Virus record (IMG/VR): IMGVR_UViG_3300050491_000011
Source of the DNA: a virus
Taxonomy: Duplodnaviria; Caudoviricetes
DNA length: 64,000 bases
Reading direction: 5' to 3' (one strand)
Positions 46,312-56,142 of this stretch are shown here, piece by piece (position 1 is the stretch's first letter; each line of letters starts with the position of its first letter). The notes beneath the pieces are model-generated. The model was not told the origin of the DNA. It saw nothing but the letters and a program-made list of their open reading frames with translations, and did not search any database. The translations under genes and the position numbers were made by a program.

Positions 46312-46346
46312 CATAAAGACCGTGGGTTTCCCCACGGTCTTTATGC
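46312..46346. terminator. Bidirectional terminator, CATAAA...TTTATGC class
   Basis: CATAAAGACCGTGGG-TTTC-CCCACGGTCTTTATG. Confidence 0.85.
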
Positions 46347-46386
46347 TCATTCTTTTTTTTTGTGTAACCACCCTAACAGTGAGTTA

Positions 46387-46806
46387 TCACATCGAAGCCA
46401 GCACTTTGATCAACTCAATGATTTCCGGGATGTTCAAGCCATTCTTGGCTGCGACCAAGGTGGTGACAAACAGAATACCAAGACCAACCAATTTCTGAAG
46501 CTCACTCGGCGACCATGGAACTGTTGGCGCTTGAGCTGTCGCAGGGGTTTGGAGAGGGGCAGGAGTCGGATTCTGACCACCGGCAGCTACGCCGAGACTC
46601 GAAGTCAAAATCATATCCTGAGTAGCCGCGTCCAGGGTTGCGAGTGCATCCTGGATCTCCTTAGCTTCTGCGGTGCTTGGGTCCAACTGACGATCACTTG
46701 GAAGGAAGCCATTGACCAGAGCGATCAATGTAGGCTCCCAGGTGAAGCCCACCGCCGGGTTCTTTGCCATAAGCGAGATAGCATCTCTTACGTTCATGGG
46801 AACCAC
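46387..46806 (-). CDS. Hypothetical protein with C-terminal TM helix
   Basis: LVGLGILFVTTLVAA; P/A/T linker. Confidence 0.75.
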   Translation of the reverse strand: MVPMNVRDAISLMAKNPAVGFTWEPTLIALVNGFLPSDRQLDPSTAEAKEIQDALATLDAATQDMILTSSLGVAAGGQNPTPAPLQTPATAQAPTVPWSPSELQKLVGLGILFVTTLVAAKNGLNIPEIIELIKVLASM

Positions 46807-46867
46807 CAGATGTCATGTTAAGTGCATGACGGCCTAAGGCCATCATTTATCTACATTAACTCCATGT

Positions 46868-47461
46868 CTATGTAAATGCTTTAGCGGCGTCCAGAGCAAG
46901 GAATCTGCAAACTGTGATACCGTCAACGGAGTGTTCGTCAAGATCCTTGATAGAGACCCCCTCCCCCTCAATGATGTTATCATCATCCATGATAAATTGA
47001 CGAATTAATTCTTTATCGGTTTTATATTGCCCAACAGGGCACACCGCTTTCTTTGCCTTACCTGGAGAGACTTCAACGAACTGTAAAGTCCGTCTATGTT
47101 TATAACAGGTATCGTCCAAGTACTTCATGGCCGTTACCAGTGTCCGGTAGGTGCTGATGTTCAGGTGAGAGAACGGAGCCTCACATCCTACGATATCAGG
47201 ATCGTACTCTTCTAAGATTTCTGCAAGGCGTTCATTAACAACCAGCAGACGTGCGTCAAGGTTGCCTCTGTTCGCTGCAACCCCCGCGTGCTTGTTATAA
47301 GCCGACTTGTCGGCAGTAACAGTTTCAGCAAAGATTACAGTTGATACACCTGTACGGAGATCGTGGTCTATGATTGTAAACCCGACCGTATTGGTGCCGT
47401 TGTCGATACCGAGAATCCGATATATCCAATGGCCACTGAATCCTGGCTTAAGCTCGAACAT
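46868..47461 (-). CDS. ruvC: RuvC-like Holliday junction resolvase
   Basis: ILGIDNGT (D), GCEAPF (E), V.P..AKKAV, DEHSVD acidic tetrad layout. Confidence 0.85.
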   Translation of the reverse strand: MFELKPGFSGHWIYRILGIDNGTNTVGFTIIDHDLRTGVSTVIFAETVTADKSAYNKHAGVAANRGNLDARLLVVNERLAEILEEYDPDIVGCEAPFSHLNISTYRTLVTAMKYLDDTCYKHRRTLQFVEVSPGKAKKAVCPVGQYKTDKELIRQFIMDDDNIIEGEGVSIKDLDEHSVDGITVCRFLALDAAKAFT

Positions 47462-47497
47462 AGCTGGTAGGCGCTACCGAAGTAGCGCCACTCCTGT

Positions 47498-48382
47498 TTA
47501 AACGGACTCGCCGATCGTTTCAAGGGTAGGGATCGACTGCGTGCCGAGCATCGGGATTTGGTTACCGACGTCGAATTGCAGAGTCAATTCCTGTTCGTTG
47601 TAGTACAACGCCTTGTGGTCAGCTGCGAACGCGTAGATTTGAGTACCGATCGCTTCGTTGAACTGGGTAGTACCCGAAGTGGTCTGTACGGTAACGGTGC
47701 GGTCAGCGGCTGTGCAGAGTGCGAACTCCGACATGATCGCGTATTCCTCGTCACCACCATACAAGATCTTGGACACGTTGACGTACTCTTGCACGTCAGT
47801 GGTGGACAGGACAACTGGCAGCAAGGCAGATACAGCCAGCTTGACGTCAGTGGTGGTGGCAGCGCCGGTGGAAGGCAGCTGGATCGGTTCTGGGTACAGG
47901 TTCGAGGTGTTAGGCACGAACACGACTTCAGTAACAATACCATCTTCGGTAGTGATCTTCTTCATCACTACAGTCACGTCATCCTGGCTGACGTGAATAC
48001 GCAGACCGAAGTAAGCGTAGTAGTTGACGCCGTCAACCAACATCTCTACACGCAGAGCGTACTTGTCGCGGATGGACTTTGGAAAGTCGTCATCCACAGG
48101 ACGCATTGCCATTGGCATTGGGTTGTAGAGCGAAGCGTTGTCGGCGTAGTGGTCCAAGATCGAAGTCTTGGCAATACCGTTGTTACCGATCGACGCGGTG
48201 TGGCCTTTGTTACCGGCCATGAGGATGCAGAGCTTCACACGCTCAGTGGCGGTAGGACGGGCGTTCTCTTGAACCTCGAGACGTTCGTTCATGGTGGACT
48301 TGGCATCGATCACTGGGTTCTGACCGAGCAACAGCGACACCAGAAGTTTCGCACCGTAAACCGTGGCTTGTACCGTATTCAT
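47498..48382 (-). CDS. Virion structural protein (phiKZ-like baseplate region)
   Basis: T.YG..L...L.LG N-terminus, GN.GH, P...RP..DD; biased codons; synteny. Confidence 0.7.
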   Translation of the reverse strand: MNTVQATVYGAKLLVSLLLGQNPVIDAKSTMNERLEVQENARPTATERVKLCILMAGNKGHTASIGNNGIAKTSILDHYADNASLYNPMPMAMRPVDDDFPKSIRDKYALRVEMLVDGVNYYAYFGLRIHVSQDDVTVVMKKITTEDGIVTEVVFVPNTSNLYPEPIQLPSTGAATTTDVKLAVSALLPVVLSTTDVQEYVNVSKILYGGDEEYAIMSEFALCTAADRTVTVQTTSGTTQFNEAIGTQIYAFAADHKALYYNEQELTLQFDVGNQIPMLGTQSIPTLETIGESV

Positions 48383-48391
48383 AATTGTCCC

Positions 48392-49420
48392 TTAACGAGA
48401 GAAGAGTGGTGGGGTGGATGCGTGGTTAAACGGCAGGTTACCGGGAACCTTGCTGTCGGAATAACGGTACGCAATCTTGAGGACACCCGTGATGTTGTTA
48501 CACCATTTGCTCAGATCGAGACAGAACACGTAATTGTACGCTGGATCTTTCACAGTGTGCGCTACGCTCACGAAGCCGTTGTAGATCACTTCAGAGCCGT
48601 GGACGTTGAAAGGCAGTGCCTGATCAGGCACGGACACCCATTCATCACCAGTGAGCCTACGGAGCAGCTGGGGCAGCTTCTCGAGATCACTCCACACGAA
48701 ACCGGTTGGGAACGTGTACAGCCACGATTCAGCAGCGCGACGATCGTCATGAGACATGTAAGCGTCAGACAACTTCAGCTCGCCTTCTTCCAGAATCATG
48801 TCAACTGGAGGCAAGCCTTGGTTACTGTCGCTATAGAACTGACGGATGTTCAGCAGCGAATCAATCGTCGAACCCAGCAGCGTCAGAGACTGGCGCGTGA
48901 TGACCTTGAAGCTACCGACGAAGATCAGGTGGTCACCTGAGATCGTTACTCGATAGTTACTGTTCTGAAGCGCAGGTAGCGGCTCAGGTTCAGTAGGTTC
49001 ATCTTCAGGCTGGAAGCCGGGAGTGTCGGTGATCGGAGCAATCACTACGAAGTTGACGTCAGCCAACTCAATGGTGATCAGCTCAGGTTCCAACTTCAAC
49101 CCGTACTGTTCGTACAGAGCGGCATTGATAGCCTCAGCTGTAAGTTCAGGAACGTGGACTGCCAGTGGCTCATCGTTCAGGAGCTGATTGATATCAACCC
49201 GACGATACAGCAGACGCTGGACTTCTTCACTCCAACCATTAGTCGAAGCAAACTTGATGTCAACCGCCGTCAAATTCTCCTCACCTTCATGAGTGGGGAG
49301 CCCGAACTGTAGCTGCTCGGGTTTAAGCAAGCGGTTGTTTGTAGCGTTGATATAATCGACCAGCAAGTCTTTTGAGTTCTTGCTGTATCGAGATATCCGG
49401 GGTTTCTTAATCGTTTCCAT
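48392..49420 (-). CDS. Virion structural protein, N+C modules
   Basis: LVDYINATN..FGLP..LYRR; C-terminal W...FN..G..V.YNG..YNYV..L; start at METIKK from GAGG SD. Confidence 0.75.
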   Translation of the reverse strand: METIKKPRISRYSKNSKDLLVDYINATNNRLLKPEQLQFGLPTHEGEENLTAVDIKFASTNGWSEEVQRLLYRRVDINQLLNDEPLAVHVPELTAEAINAALYEQYGLKLEPELITIELADVNFVVIAPITDTPGFQPEDEPTEPEPLPALQNSNYRVTISGDHLIFVGSFKVITRQSLTLLGSTIDSLLNIRQFYSDSNQGLPPVDMILEEGELKLSDAYMSHDDRRAAESWLYTFPTGFVWSDLEKLPQLLRRLTGDEWVSVPDQALPFNVHGSEVIYNGFVSVAHTVKDPAYNYVFCLDLSKWCNNITGVLKIAYRYSDSKVPGNLPFNHASTPPLFSR

Positions 49421-49434
49421 AATCACCTCTCGCC

Positions 49435-49944
49435 CTAAAATGCAGGCGGCCACAATCCGTCAAGTACATTGTTCGAGAAAGCGTCAGAGAGAAGGATCGT
49501 AGTCCCAGGCTCTCCCAGCGTTACTGTCGTTTCACCAACCCATCTCAACGAATTCGGCTTGGCCTTGAGAGTAAAGCTGCTGCCCTGTACGAGCGCATTC
49601 TCAAAGTCCATATCCGTAATCACCAAACCTGAGGCCAGCGCGATGTTGTTCATCACGCCCTTCACCGTAATAGGTGGCGTCAGATCCAGACTCATACCAC
49701 CGAAGACGTCCGCTACGTGCAATCTATTGTAGCGGTACGTCATCTGACCTGTATGCTGTCTGTAGATGTTTTCATCTATAGATTCATGCGTGGTGATCAC
49801 CACGTTGGTCACGGCACCTTCAACAATCATCGGAGGACCGATGCTTGCGAACTCTGCTCTCAGGTGGAGATTGAAATGGTTATTGGCCATGATCAGTAAC
49901 GCCACGGCAGGATCGAACTTCAATAACCGTAGCGTGTCAGTCAT
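49435..49944 (-). CDS. Virion structural protein, N-module family
   Basis: G...YRYNRL..D.F..WVG..V. Confidence 0.75.
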   Translation of the reverse strand: MTDTLRLLKFDPAVALLIMANNHFNLHLRAEFASIGPPMIVEGAVTNVVITTHESIDENIYRQHTGQMTYRYNRLHVADVFGGMSLDLTPPITVKGVMNNIALASGLVITDMDFENALVQGSSFTLKAKPNSLRWVGETTVTLGEPGTTILLSDAFSNNVLDGLWPPAF

Positions 49945-49962
49945 GGGGTTACCCGTTAGGTC

Positions 49963-50922
49963 TTAAGATGTCCGAGTGTATTCAACCAAGATGGCGCCGC
50001 AGTAAGCCAACGAGTTGTTAGCGAACGTCACTGGGAAGGAAGCTTTAGCTCCTACCGCAAGCGTAGGCATCGCAGTTGGCTTGATGTCGGTTGCTGTTAT
50101 CGCACATCCCATTTGCGTCGAAAGTAACGCAGCAAGTTGTGTCATGTTCGCATAGCCAGGCCCACCGAACTTAACAGGGCGTCTGAAGGTCAATGGCCAC
50201 GATCTACGACCGTAGTAAACCGTCAGTGCCCCGATGTAAGGAACGCCGTTGAACGTCAACAGGAGAGCTGTGTTGTCACCAGCATCCTGAGGCCCATTCT
50301 CACTAACTTGCGAGATGGTGAACATGTTCGATTGAATCGGAGTGTTCAATGACGCAGCATTCATCAAGTTCAAGTGCATCGCAATCTGATTCTTGATGTT
50401 AAGGCTAATGAACGCATCGGTGTGAGACAACGTCAACGTATTAACCAGAATTCGGCCAGCGATCTCAAGACCAAGGCGGGCAATCACGCAATCAACTTCA
50501 CCTACCCATCGATAGGAGTCAGCAGCTGCGATAACCGAAGCTGTACCCAATTGGGTAAAGGTATCATCGATGAAGTCTGTCTCACCGATTGGAACCTTGA
50601 ACGGCCAGAAGAGATTACCCATCAAGTCCTTAGGAGTTGCTGGAACTTCAGCCGCTACAGACAGATCCACCCCAGACAAGAACGTAGGGAGGTTGATCCG
50701 CTGGTATTCGAACGTGAATGAACCGTCACGATCCCACAGACTAACCGGAGCCCTACTCTTGTCGATAGACACCTTAACGCTGGTATTGACACCACCGAGA
50801 GAGACTGGCTTTTCTATCTTCAGGTATGTAGCTTTGAGGGGAGCTTTTAACTTCTCCCCGATTTGAGCCCTCAACGCATCGAGTGGATGCATCTTCAAGA
50901 GTGTTTCTGGTGCAATGCTCAT
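49963..50922 (-). CDS. Virion structural protein with two tandem N-modules
   Basis: NTSVKV...F.YQR..L..WVG, then NT.LLL...Y.G..VYYGR. Confidence 0.75.
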   Translation of the reverse strand: MSIAPETLLKMHPLDALRAQIGEKLKAPLKATYLKIEKPVSLGGVNTSVKVSIDKSRAPVSLWDRDGSFTFEYQRINLPTFLSGVDLSVAAEVPATPKDLMGNLFWPFKVPIGETDFIDDTFTQLGTASVIAAADSYRWVGEVDCVIARLGLEIAGRILVNTLTLSHTDAFISLNIKNQIAMHLNLMNAASLNTPIQSNMFTISQVSENGPQDAGDNTALLLTFNGVPYIGALTVYYGRRSWPLTFRRPVKFGGPGYANMTQLAALLSTQMGCAITATDIKPTAMPTLAVGAKASFPVTFANNSLAYCGAILVEYTRTS

Positions 50923-50932
50923 GAGTGCATCC

Positions 50933-53161
50933 TTAGATACCCAGGAAGTTCTTTCTACGCGCTTCTGTCAGAAGCTCATACCCGGCAAGGGTATCGTCGA
51001 TAACCAGATCACCCAATGGTCGTTTAGGAATCGCAAGATACCCAACAACATCAGTCTGAACGATCTCACCGATATCAGTCTGAGGACTTTCAATCAGCGT
51101 CATTCTTGGAAGCGGCATGTCGATCTGTTGTTTCAGCTCGATGCTACCTACAAGTTTGATTCCGACGTCAGCAGGAACCTTAGCCATTACCCGCAGGTCT
51201 TTGGCCACCATGTTGACTTTCGGATACGGCATCAACTGCTGCATGTACATCTTGCCGTTCTCATGAAGGTTCATGATAGTGGGCAAGCGGTTCTCTACGT
51301 CGTAGTAGCTGTCAGACCATTCTTTAGGAATGGAAAGCTTCGGGAACTTACCATCAACAATCTTAATAGGACTGTCGTTGATCTGACCGATGTATTGAAC
51401 CGTGTACGAGGACAGCGCAGTCATCACGCGAAGCATCGCGGAGTGGACTTCACGAACACGCGTTGCGTTAGAAAGGTTACTGCCTGTAGCTGTGTTGAAG
51501 ATCTGGTCAGCCATCATGGAGAATTCAAGATCCCCCATGCCGGTAATGTCGATGCCGACACTATTCAACCAGTTGTCGTAGTTCATCTCACCCGCAAGGT
51601 CAATGCGGATGTCCATGTAGCAATGGTCGATGATCGTGTGCAGTTCACCTTCGGTTTTGTAGTCGCCGTTGTAGTTCCGCATGTCACGATGATGCAACAT
51701 CAAAGCCTGGATGTCTTTACAGGTGTCGCGGAATGCCTCGATGCTGACGTACGTGCCGATCTGCACCTGAGTATCCAGAATGTAGTCGACGTAGTATTCA
51801 GGCACCTTCTTACGCGTTGTCATGCTCATCAGCTTCGCCTTGGTAGGCAAAGGGATACGACGAACACGGCGAGCGTTTACGATCGGAACGTGAGAAAGCT
51901 TCTGACCGATAGAACGGTTGTAGGCGTAGAGGTAGAAAATAAAGGCATTCTTAACCGAGAGACGATAGAGATCACCGTTCGCAGGGTTAGTGAACACGAC
52001 CACGGAATTAAAGCGTTTGTAATGAGACAGATAGATCCAATGGTTGAGCAGCACCTCTGTCAGCGTGAATGGCTCAGCATCGGTTCGGTCAACGACGTTC
52101 GACTCAAGCACTTTCGTCTTAAGTTTGTTGCCCTTGAACTTATTCATCTCAGCGAAGACATCTTCTACGACGTCGTCTTGAATAACGATGTTGTCACGAG
52201 CAAGCGGAGTCTCGAGCTCGAGAAGTTCCTGAGGACTCCTAACACTGCTACCCATCGCAGGCTCAATACCGTTGATGGTCTTACGGACGAATACAACCAG
52301 CGGCTTCAGATCAATCGTCAGCCTTTCGTAATCATGCTCGAGGTCGTAACCTGCCAGCGAGAAGCCACGGTCAGTCAGATACTTCTGAGTAATCAGATCG
52401 AAGGTTTCCCCACGACCCAAGTTCAGGTTCAGGTAACGGATGTTCCGGTACGTGAACAGTTTCTGCTTGAGCGTCATGAGATCGAACTCATCACCTACAG
52501 CTTGGTTAAAGCTGCTGATGTACTGACGCAGGTGGTAGCTGTGAGCTTGATCCGTTTTACAGACAGCCTTACGGCTGTTGATGATCACTTGGGTCAGTCG
52601 TGTGTACAGAATGCCCAAGAACGCCGGATAGTAGTACGGCTCGAACAAAGCGTAGTCCGAGTTGTCCCACCGTTTAAAGCAGTGAGTGATGTAACGCTGG
52701 ATATCAGGAATCAACTGCTGCTCTGAGGCTTCCACCAAAGACGCGTCATACTTGAGGATAGTATGGTCAGCGGCTTGGATAGCTGTCTCTATGTCAATCG
52801 GGTTAATGATCCCGTTGATCAGCATCTTCTGGTCCGGGTACGCAGCTACCAGTTCTTTATAGTAGGTAGTCCCGTAGGTGTATTCCTTTCGCGTTGCAGC
52901 ATGGATCTTTAAGTTGGCTTGCGTGAAGTCAATGATCGTGTTGTCGTCGAGGGAGGTTACCTGCATCAACGTGTTGCTGGAGTGATACAAACCCGCGTTG
53001 TTCTTGTAGTACTTCCAGCTGTACGGATCATTGAGGTTAACAGCTATCCCCGCTTTAAGTAACCGCTGGTTCATCATGTTGGCGGTGTAGCTACTTTTAA
53101 TCACGAGTGTCGCGACAAGCTTTATAATGCTTTTGATGTAAAGCCTGTAGTAGGCATTCAT
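50933..53161 (-). CDS. Virion structural / baseplate wedge-like protein (phiKZ gp128-like)
   Basis: 742 aa; WKYY.N..G.YH motif; divergent from the portal gene as in phiKZ. Confidence 0.7.
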   Translation of the reverse strand: MNAYYRLYIKSIIKLVATLVIKSSYTANMMNQRLLKAGIAVNLNDPYSWKYYKNNAGLYHSSNTLMQVTSLDDNTIIDFTQANLKIHAATRKEYTYGTTYYKELVAAYPDQKMLINGIINPIDIETAIQAADHTILKYDASLVEASEQQLIPDIQRYITHCFKRWDNSDYALFEPYYYPAFLGILYTRLTQVIINSRKAVCKTDQAHSYHLRQYISSFNQAVGDEFDLMTLKQKLFTYRNIRYLNLNLGRGETFDLITQKYLTDRGFSLAGYDLEHDYERLTIDLKPLVVFVRKTINGIEPAMGSSVRSPQELLELETPLARDNIVIQDDVVEDVFAEMNKFKGNKLKTKVLESNVVDRTDAEPFTLTEVLLNHWIYLSHYKRFNSVVVFTNPANGDLYRLSVKNAFIFYLYAYNRSIGQKLSHVPIVNARRVRRIPLPTKAKLMSMTTRKKVPEYYVDYILDTQVQIGTYVSIEAFRDTCKDIQALMLHHRDMRNYNGDYKTEGELHTIIDHCYMDIRIDLAGEMNYDNWLNSVGIDITGMGDLEFSMMADQIFNTATGSNLSNATRVREVHSAMLRVMTALSSYTVQYIGQINDSPIKIVDGKFPKLSIPKEWSDSYYDVENRLPTIMNLHENGKMYMQQLMPYPKVNMVAKDLRVMAKVPADVGIKLVGSIELKQQIDMPLPRMTLIESPQTDIGEIVQTDVVGYLAIPKRPLGDLVIDDTLAGYELLTEARRKNFLGI

Positions 53162-53193
53162 GACTTACCCCGATCTTAGTAGGAGAGGATTAA

Positions 53194-56055
53194 ATGGCAG
53201 CAGATGACGAACGCGCGCAGAAGAAAGTCTCGCAGTTCAGGAATTTAAGTAAGGCTGATGAACGCGTTCTTGGTCGTCTGGTCACTGACCGTACTGATCC
53301 GAACCGCGGGAAACTTAAGGATATCGATCTCAGTGCCGTAGGGGCAGTAACTCGCCGCACACTTCGTGACGCCACTGATATCCGTAACATCTTCCAAGTT
53401 CAGCCGGACTTGAACATTGCTCGAGAAATTCTGGTCAGCGCTGTGGTATCGCCAGGCGATCTATCGTCGACCACATTGATCTTCAGCAGCAAGATCGACG
53501 GCAAAGAAACGGCACTCACCGCCCAGATGGTGGATGTCATCGAGAACTTCTTTATCAATGAGAAGAACCTCGACAAGAAAATCACTGGCTGGATCGATGA
53601 TGCATTGGTCTGGTCAGGCGCACACCCGATCATGATTATCCCCGAGGCTTCTATCGATCGGATGATCAACGGCGCTCAATCGGCCAGTATGGAATCCGTG
53701 GCGAGCTTTGACGGAGAGTGGACTAATGGATGGTATCGTCCAAAAGGCATCTTCGGTCTAGCTCTACCAACCGCAAAGGGCATCGACTACGTCAGCTTGG
53801 AGTCAAGCCAACGGAGGATAAACACCGCGGATATGGCGGATTATCATACCATCAAGATGATGGGTGGAGCCAAAGAAACGAAGGGCAAGAAGATCTCCCT
53901 TCCTATTAAGGTTACCGACAACTTGGCTGCGTTCCGTATGCCAATGGTGATGGAAGCCAAGCGCACCAAGATGCGTGAATCGGTTTACGGTAATCCTTCG
54001 ATGGAATCCCGCCGTCGCCGTCGGGCTCAGCGTGATGCTGATGCTGCTCAGAATGACAATGGTGAAGGTACTGGCGCTGGCAAGAAGACTGCCGCTCAGT
54101 CTCCAGGTGCTATCCACAGTCAGTTCTTCAAACCCCCACAGGGAATGAAGCGTAGTCGCCTTGAGGTCGTGCCTACTCGTAAGCAGGTCGGTGGCGAAGC
54201 CATCGGTCACCCTCTCGAGTATCACCTCGCTATCGAAGCCGTGATGCCTATCTGCGTTCCGGGTGATCCGACCAACATTGTTGGGTATTTGGTAGCTCAG
54301 GATCAGAATGGATTCCCGCTATCATTCTCACGGCGAGTGGATTATTACAGCGACATCCGTCGCGGTGCAATGGGTGGTGATCAGGTTGGCTCCAGTAGTC
54401 AGGTTTCTGGTGAACTACTCAACATGGCAAACGAAACCCTCAACGGGGGTATCTCTAATGCCAGTGATGCACTGATCGACCGTTTGGTTCAGTTGCACGG
54501 TGAAGTGGTTGAACACGACATTATCGCTCGGATCTCTTCTGGTCTGCTCGGTGGTGAAGTTGAGATCGCTCGTAGCGAACACATCGACAAGCTGATGTTT
54601 GCACGGACCATGAAGAACCAACAAACCATCCTGCTGTACGTTCCTGCCGAACTCATGATCTACATGTGCTTCGATGTGAACGAGTATGGTGTTGGTAAAT
54701 CGATCCTTGACGACGCTAAGGCGTTGGCAGCAATGCGTGCAACTCTGCTCGTAGCCAACATCATCGGCGCTGTGAAGAACGCGATTCCTGGTAAAGACAT
54801 CAACATCACGTTGGACGCTAAGGACGGTGACCCGGTTGGTACGGTTACATTCCTGTCGAACGAAGCGATGGCGCTGTCCTATCACCAGTTCCCAACTGGT
54901 ATCATCAGTGTTCAAGGTTTGGCCGAACAACTTCAGATGTCGGGTTACTCGGTTAACGTAACGGGTCACCCTGCTTATCCTGAAGTATCGACCACCATTA
55001 CGCCGCGTGAAAGCAACTACGTCCCTGTGGACACTGATCTGCTGAACTCTCTGCGTAGTGACCTGCATCGGGTGTTCTCCCTGACGCCTGAGATGGTCGA
55101 TGGCGTGAATGAGCCTGACTTTGCTACAACGGTGGTGGCTAACCACTTGATGCTCCTGAAACGCGTCATGGTGCTTCAGAACATCGCTAACCCACAGATC
55201 ACTGACTACGTGCGTGTCTTTACGTACAACTCGGGGATTCTGCTGGAACAGCTGATGGACATCATCGATAACAACGAGAAGCTCATCCCTGATGAGTACA
55301 AGGAAGACCCGGAGGCTTTCCTCGAAGCTTTCCTGAACTCCCTCGTAGTTAACCTGCCAGCGCCTAGCACTGACAACCTGACCAAACAGATCGAGCTGTA
55401 CGATAAGTACTCTGAAGCGTTGGACAAGATCATTCCTGCCTACGTTACTGAGGAATACTTCCACGGCTACACGAGCGACACGGTCAAGGAAGCAATCCCA
55501 ACAGTTATCGCATCGCTCAAGGGTATCGAGCTGCGTCGTTGGATGCGCGAACGCGGGTTCTTCCGTGAGTTGGATATCTTCGTTAATACCGAAGATGGCA
55601 GCCCACTGCTGAATCTCAACGAAGAAATGAAGCAACACGTTACAGCAATGATCGCCGGCCTCGGCGATTACATCAAGATCGTCGCTGAAGATGCTTATAA
55701 GCATCGTAAGGGTCAGGAACGTCTGAAGAAGCTTGACCAGAAAGTGAAAGATGCAATCGCTGAACTGGGTGCTGAATCGGAAGAAGCTGCTCCTGACTTC
55801 GACGCAGAAGCTCCAGTACCGGATATGGGTGAGCCGGATGCTGAAGAACAACCTGCTGATGATGAGCTCTCCCTCGATGAAGAACCAGCTCCAGAGGAAG
55901 AACCTCTTGAAGAGGAGAAACCTGAGGAGGAGTTGGAAACTCCTGAAGAAGAGAAGCCAACTGAAGAAGAGCCTGTAGAAGAAGAGGCTCCTGCTGAAGA
56001 ACCTACTGAAGAGAAGCCTGCTTCTCCTGAAGATGAGTTCAAGTTGGACCTGTAA
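53194..56055 (+). CDS. Portal protein (phiKZ gp129-like) with acidic E/P tail
   Basis: 953 aa; YG.GKS.L and GHP motifs, S-x-E sites in the N-terminal third, long acidic C-terminus; synteny. Confidence 0.75.
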   Translation: MAADDERAQKKVSQFRNLSKADERVLGRLVTDRTDPNRGKLKDIDLSAVGAVTRRTLRDATDIRNIFQVQPDLNIAREILVSAVVSPGDLSSTTLIFSSKIDGKETALTAQMVDVIENFFINEKNLDKKITGWIDDALVWSGAHPIMIIPEASIDRMINGAQSASMESVASFDGEWTNGWYRPKGIFGLALPTAKGIDYVSLESSQRRINTADMADYHTIKMMGGAKETKGKKISLPIKVTDNLAAFRMPMVMEAKRTKMRESVYGNPSMESRRRRRAQRDADAAQNDNGEGTGAGKKTAAQSPGAIHSQFFKPPQGMKRSRLEVVPTRKQVGGEAIGHPLEYHLAIEAVMPICVPGDPTNIVGYLVAQDQNGFPLSFSRRVDYYSDIRRGAMGGDQVGSSSQVSGELLNMANETLNGGISNASDALIDRLVQLHGEVVEHDIIARISSGLLGGEVEIARSEHIDKLMFARTMKNQQTILLYVPAELMIYMCFDVNEYGVGKSILDDAKALAAMRATLLVANIIGAVKNAIPGKDINITLDAKDGDPVGTVTFLSNEAMALSYHQFPTGIISVQGLAEQLQMSGYSVNVTGHPAYPEVSTTITPRESNYVPVDTDLLNSLRSDLHRVFSLTPEMVDGVNEPDFATTVVANHLMLLKRVMVLQNIANPQITDYVRVFTYNSGILLEQLMDIIDNNEKLIPDEYKEDPEAFLEAFLNSLVVNLPAPSTDNLTKQIELYDKYSEALDKIIPAYVTEEYFHGYTSDTVKEAIPTVIASLKGIELRRWMRERGFFRELDIFVNTEDGSPLLNLNEEMKQHVTAMIAGLGDYIKIVAEDAYKHRKGQERLKKLDQKVKDAIAELGAESEEAAPDFDAEAPVPDMGEPDAEEQPADDELSLDEEPAPEEEPLEEEKPEEELETPEEEKPTEEEPVEEEAPAEEPTEEKPASPEDEFKLDL

Positions 56056-56065
56056 TGTGATTGGG

Positions 56066-56110
56066 GTAGACAGGATCTTAATGGTCCTGTCTACTTCGAT
56101 TTATGCTGCG
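56066..56110 (+). terminator. Terminator after the portal gene
   Basis: GTAGACAGGATC-TTAAT-GGTCCTGTCTAC, then TTTATGCTGC. Confidence 0.75.
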
Positions 56111-56142
56111 TGTTAATTATTCACTATCACACTTGCTTTTAT

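Noticed and set aside
50915-52726. 603-aa antisense ORF, and similar ones at 47558-48940, 54415-55851, 42446-43459, 4239-5243 and 5361-6434
   Set aside because: All lie opposite well-supported genes and show the V/H/D/Q-rich composition of antisense shadows.
55780-56055. E/P-rich low-complexity repeats
   Set aside because: This is the coding acidic tail of the portal protein, not a separate repeat element.
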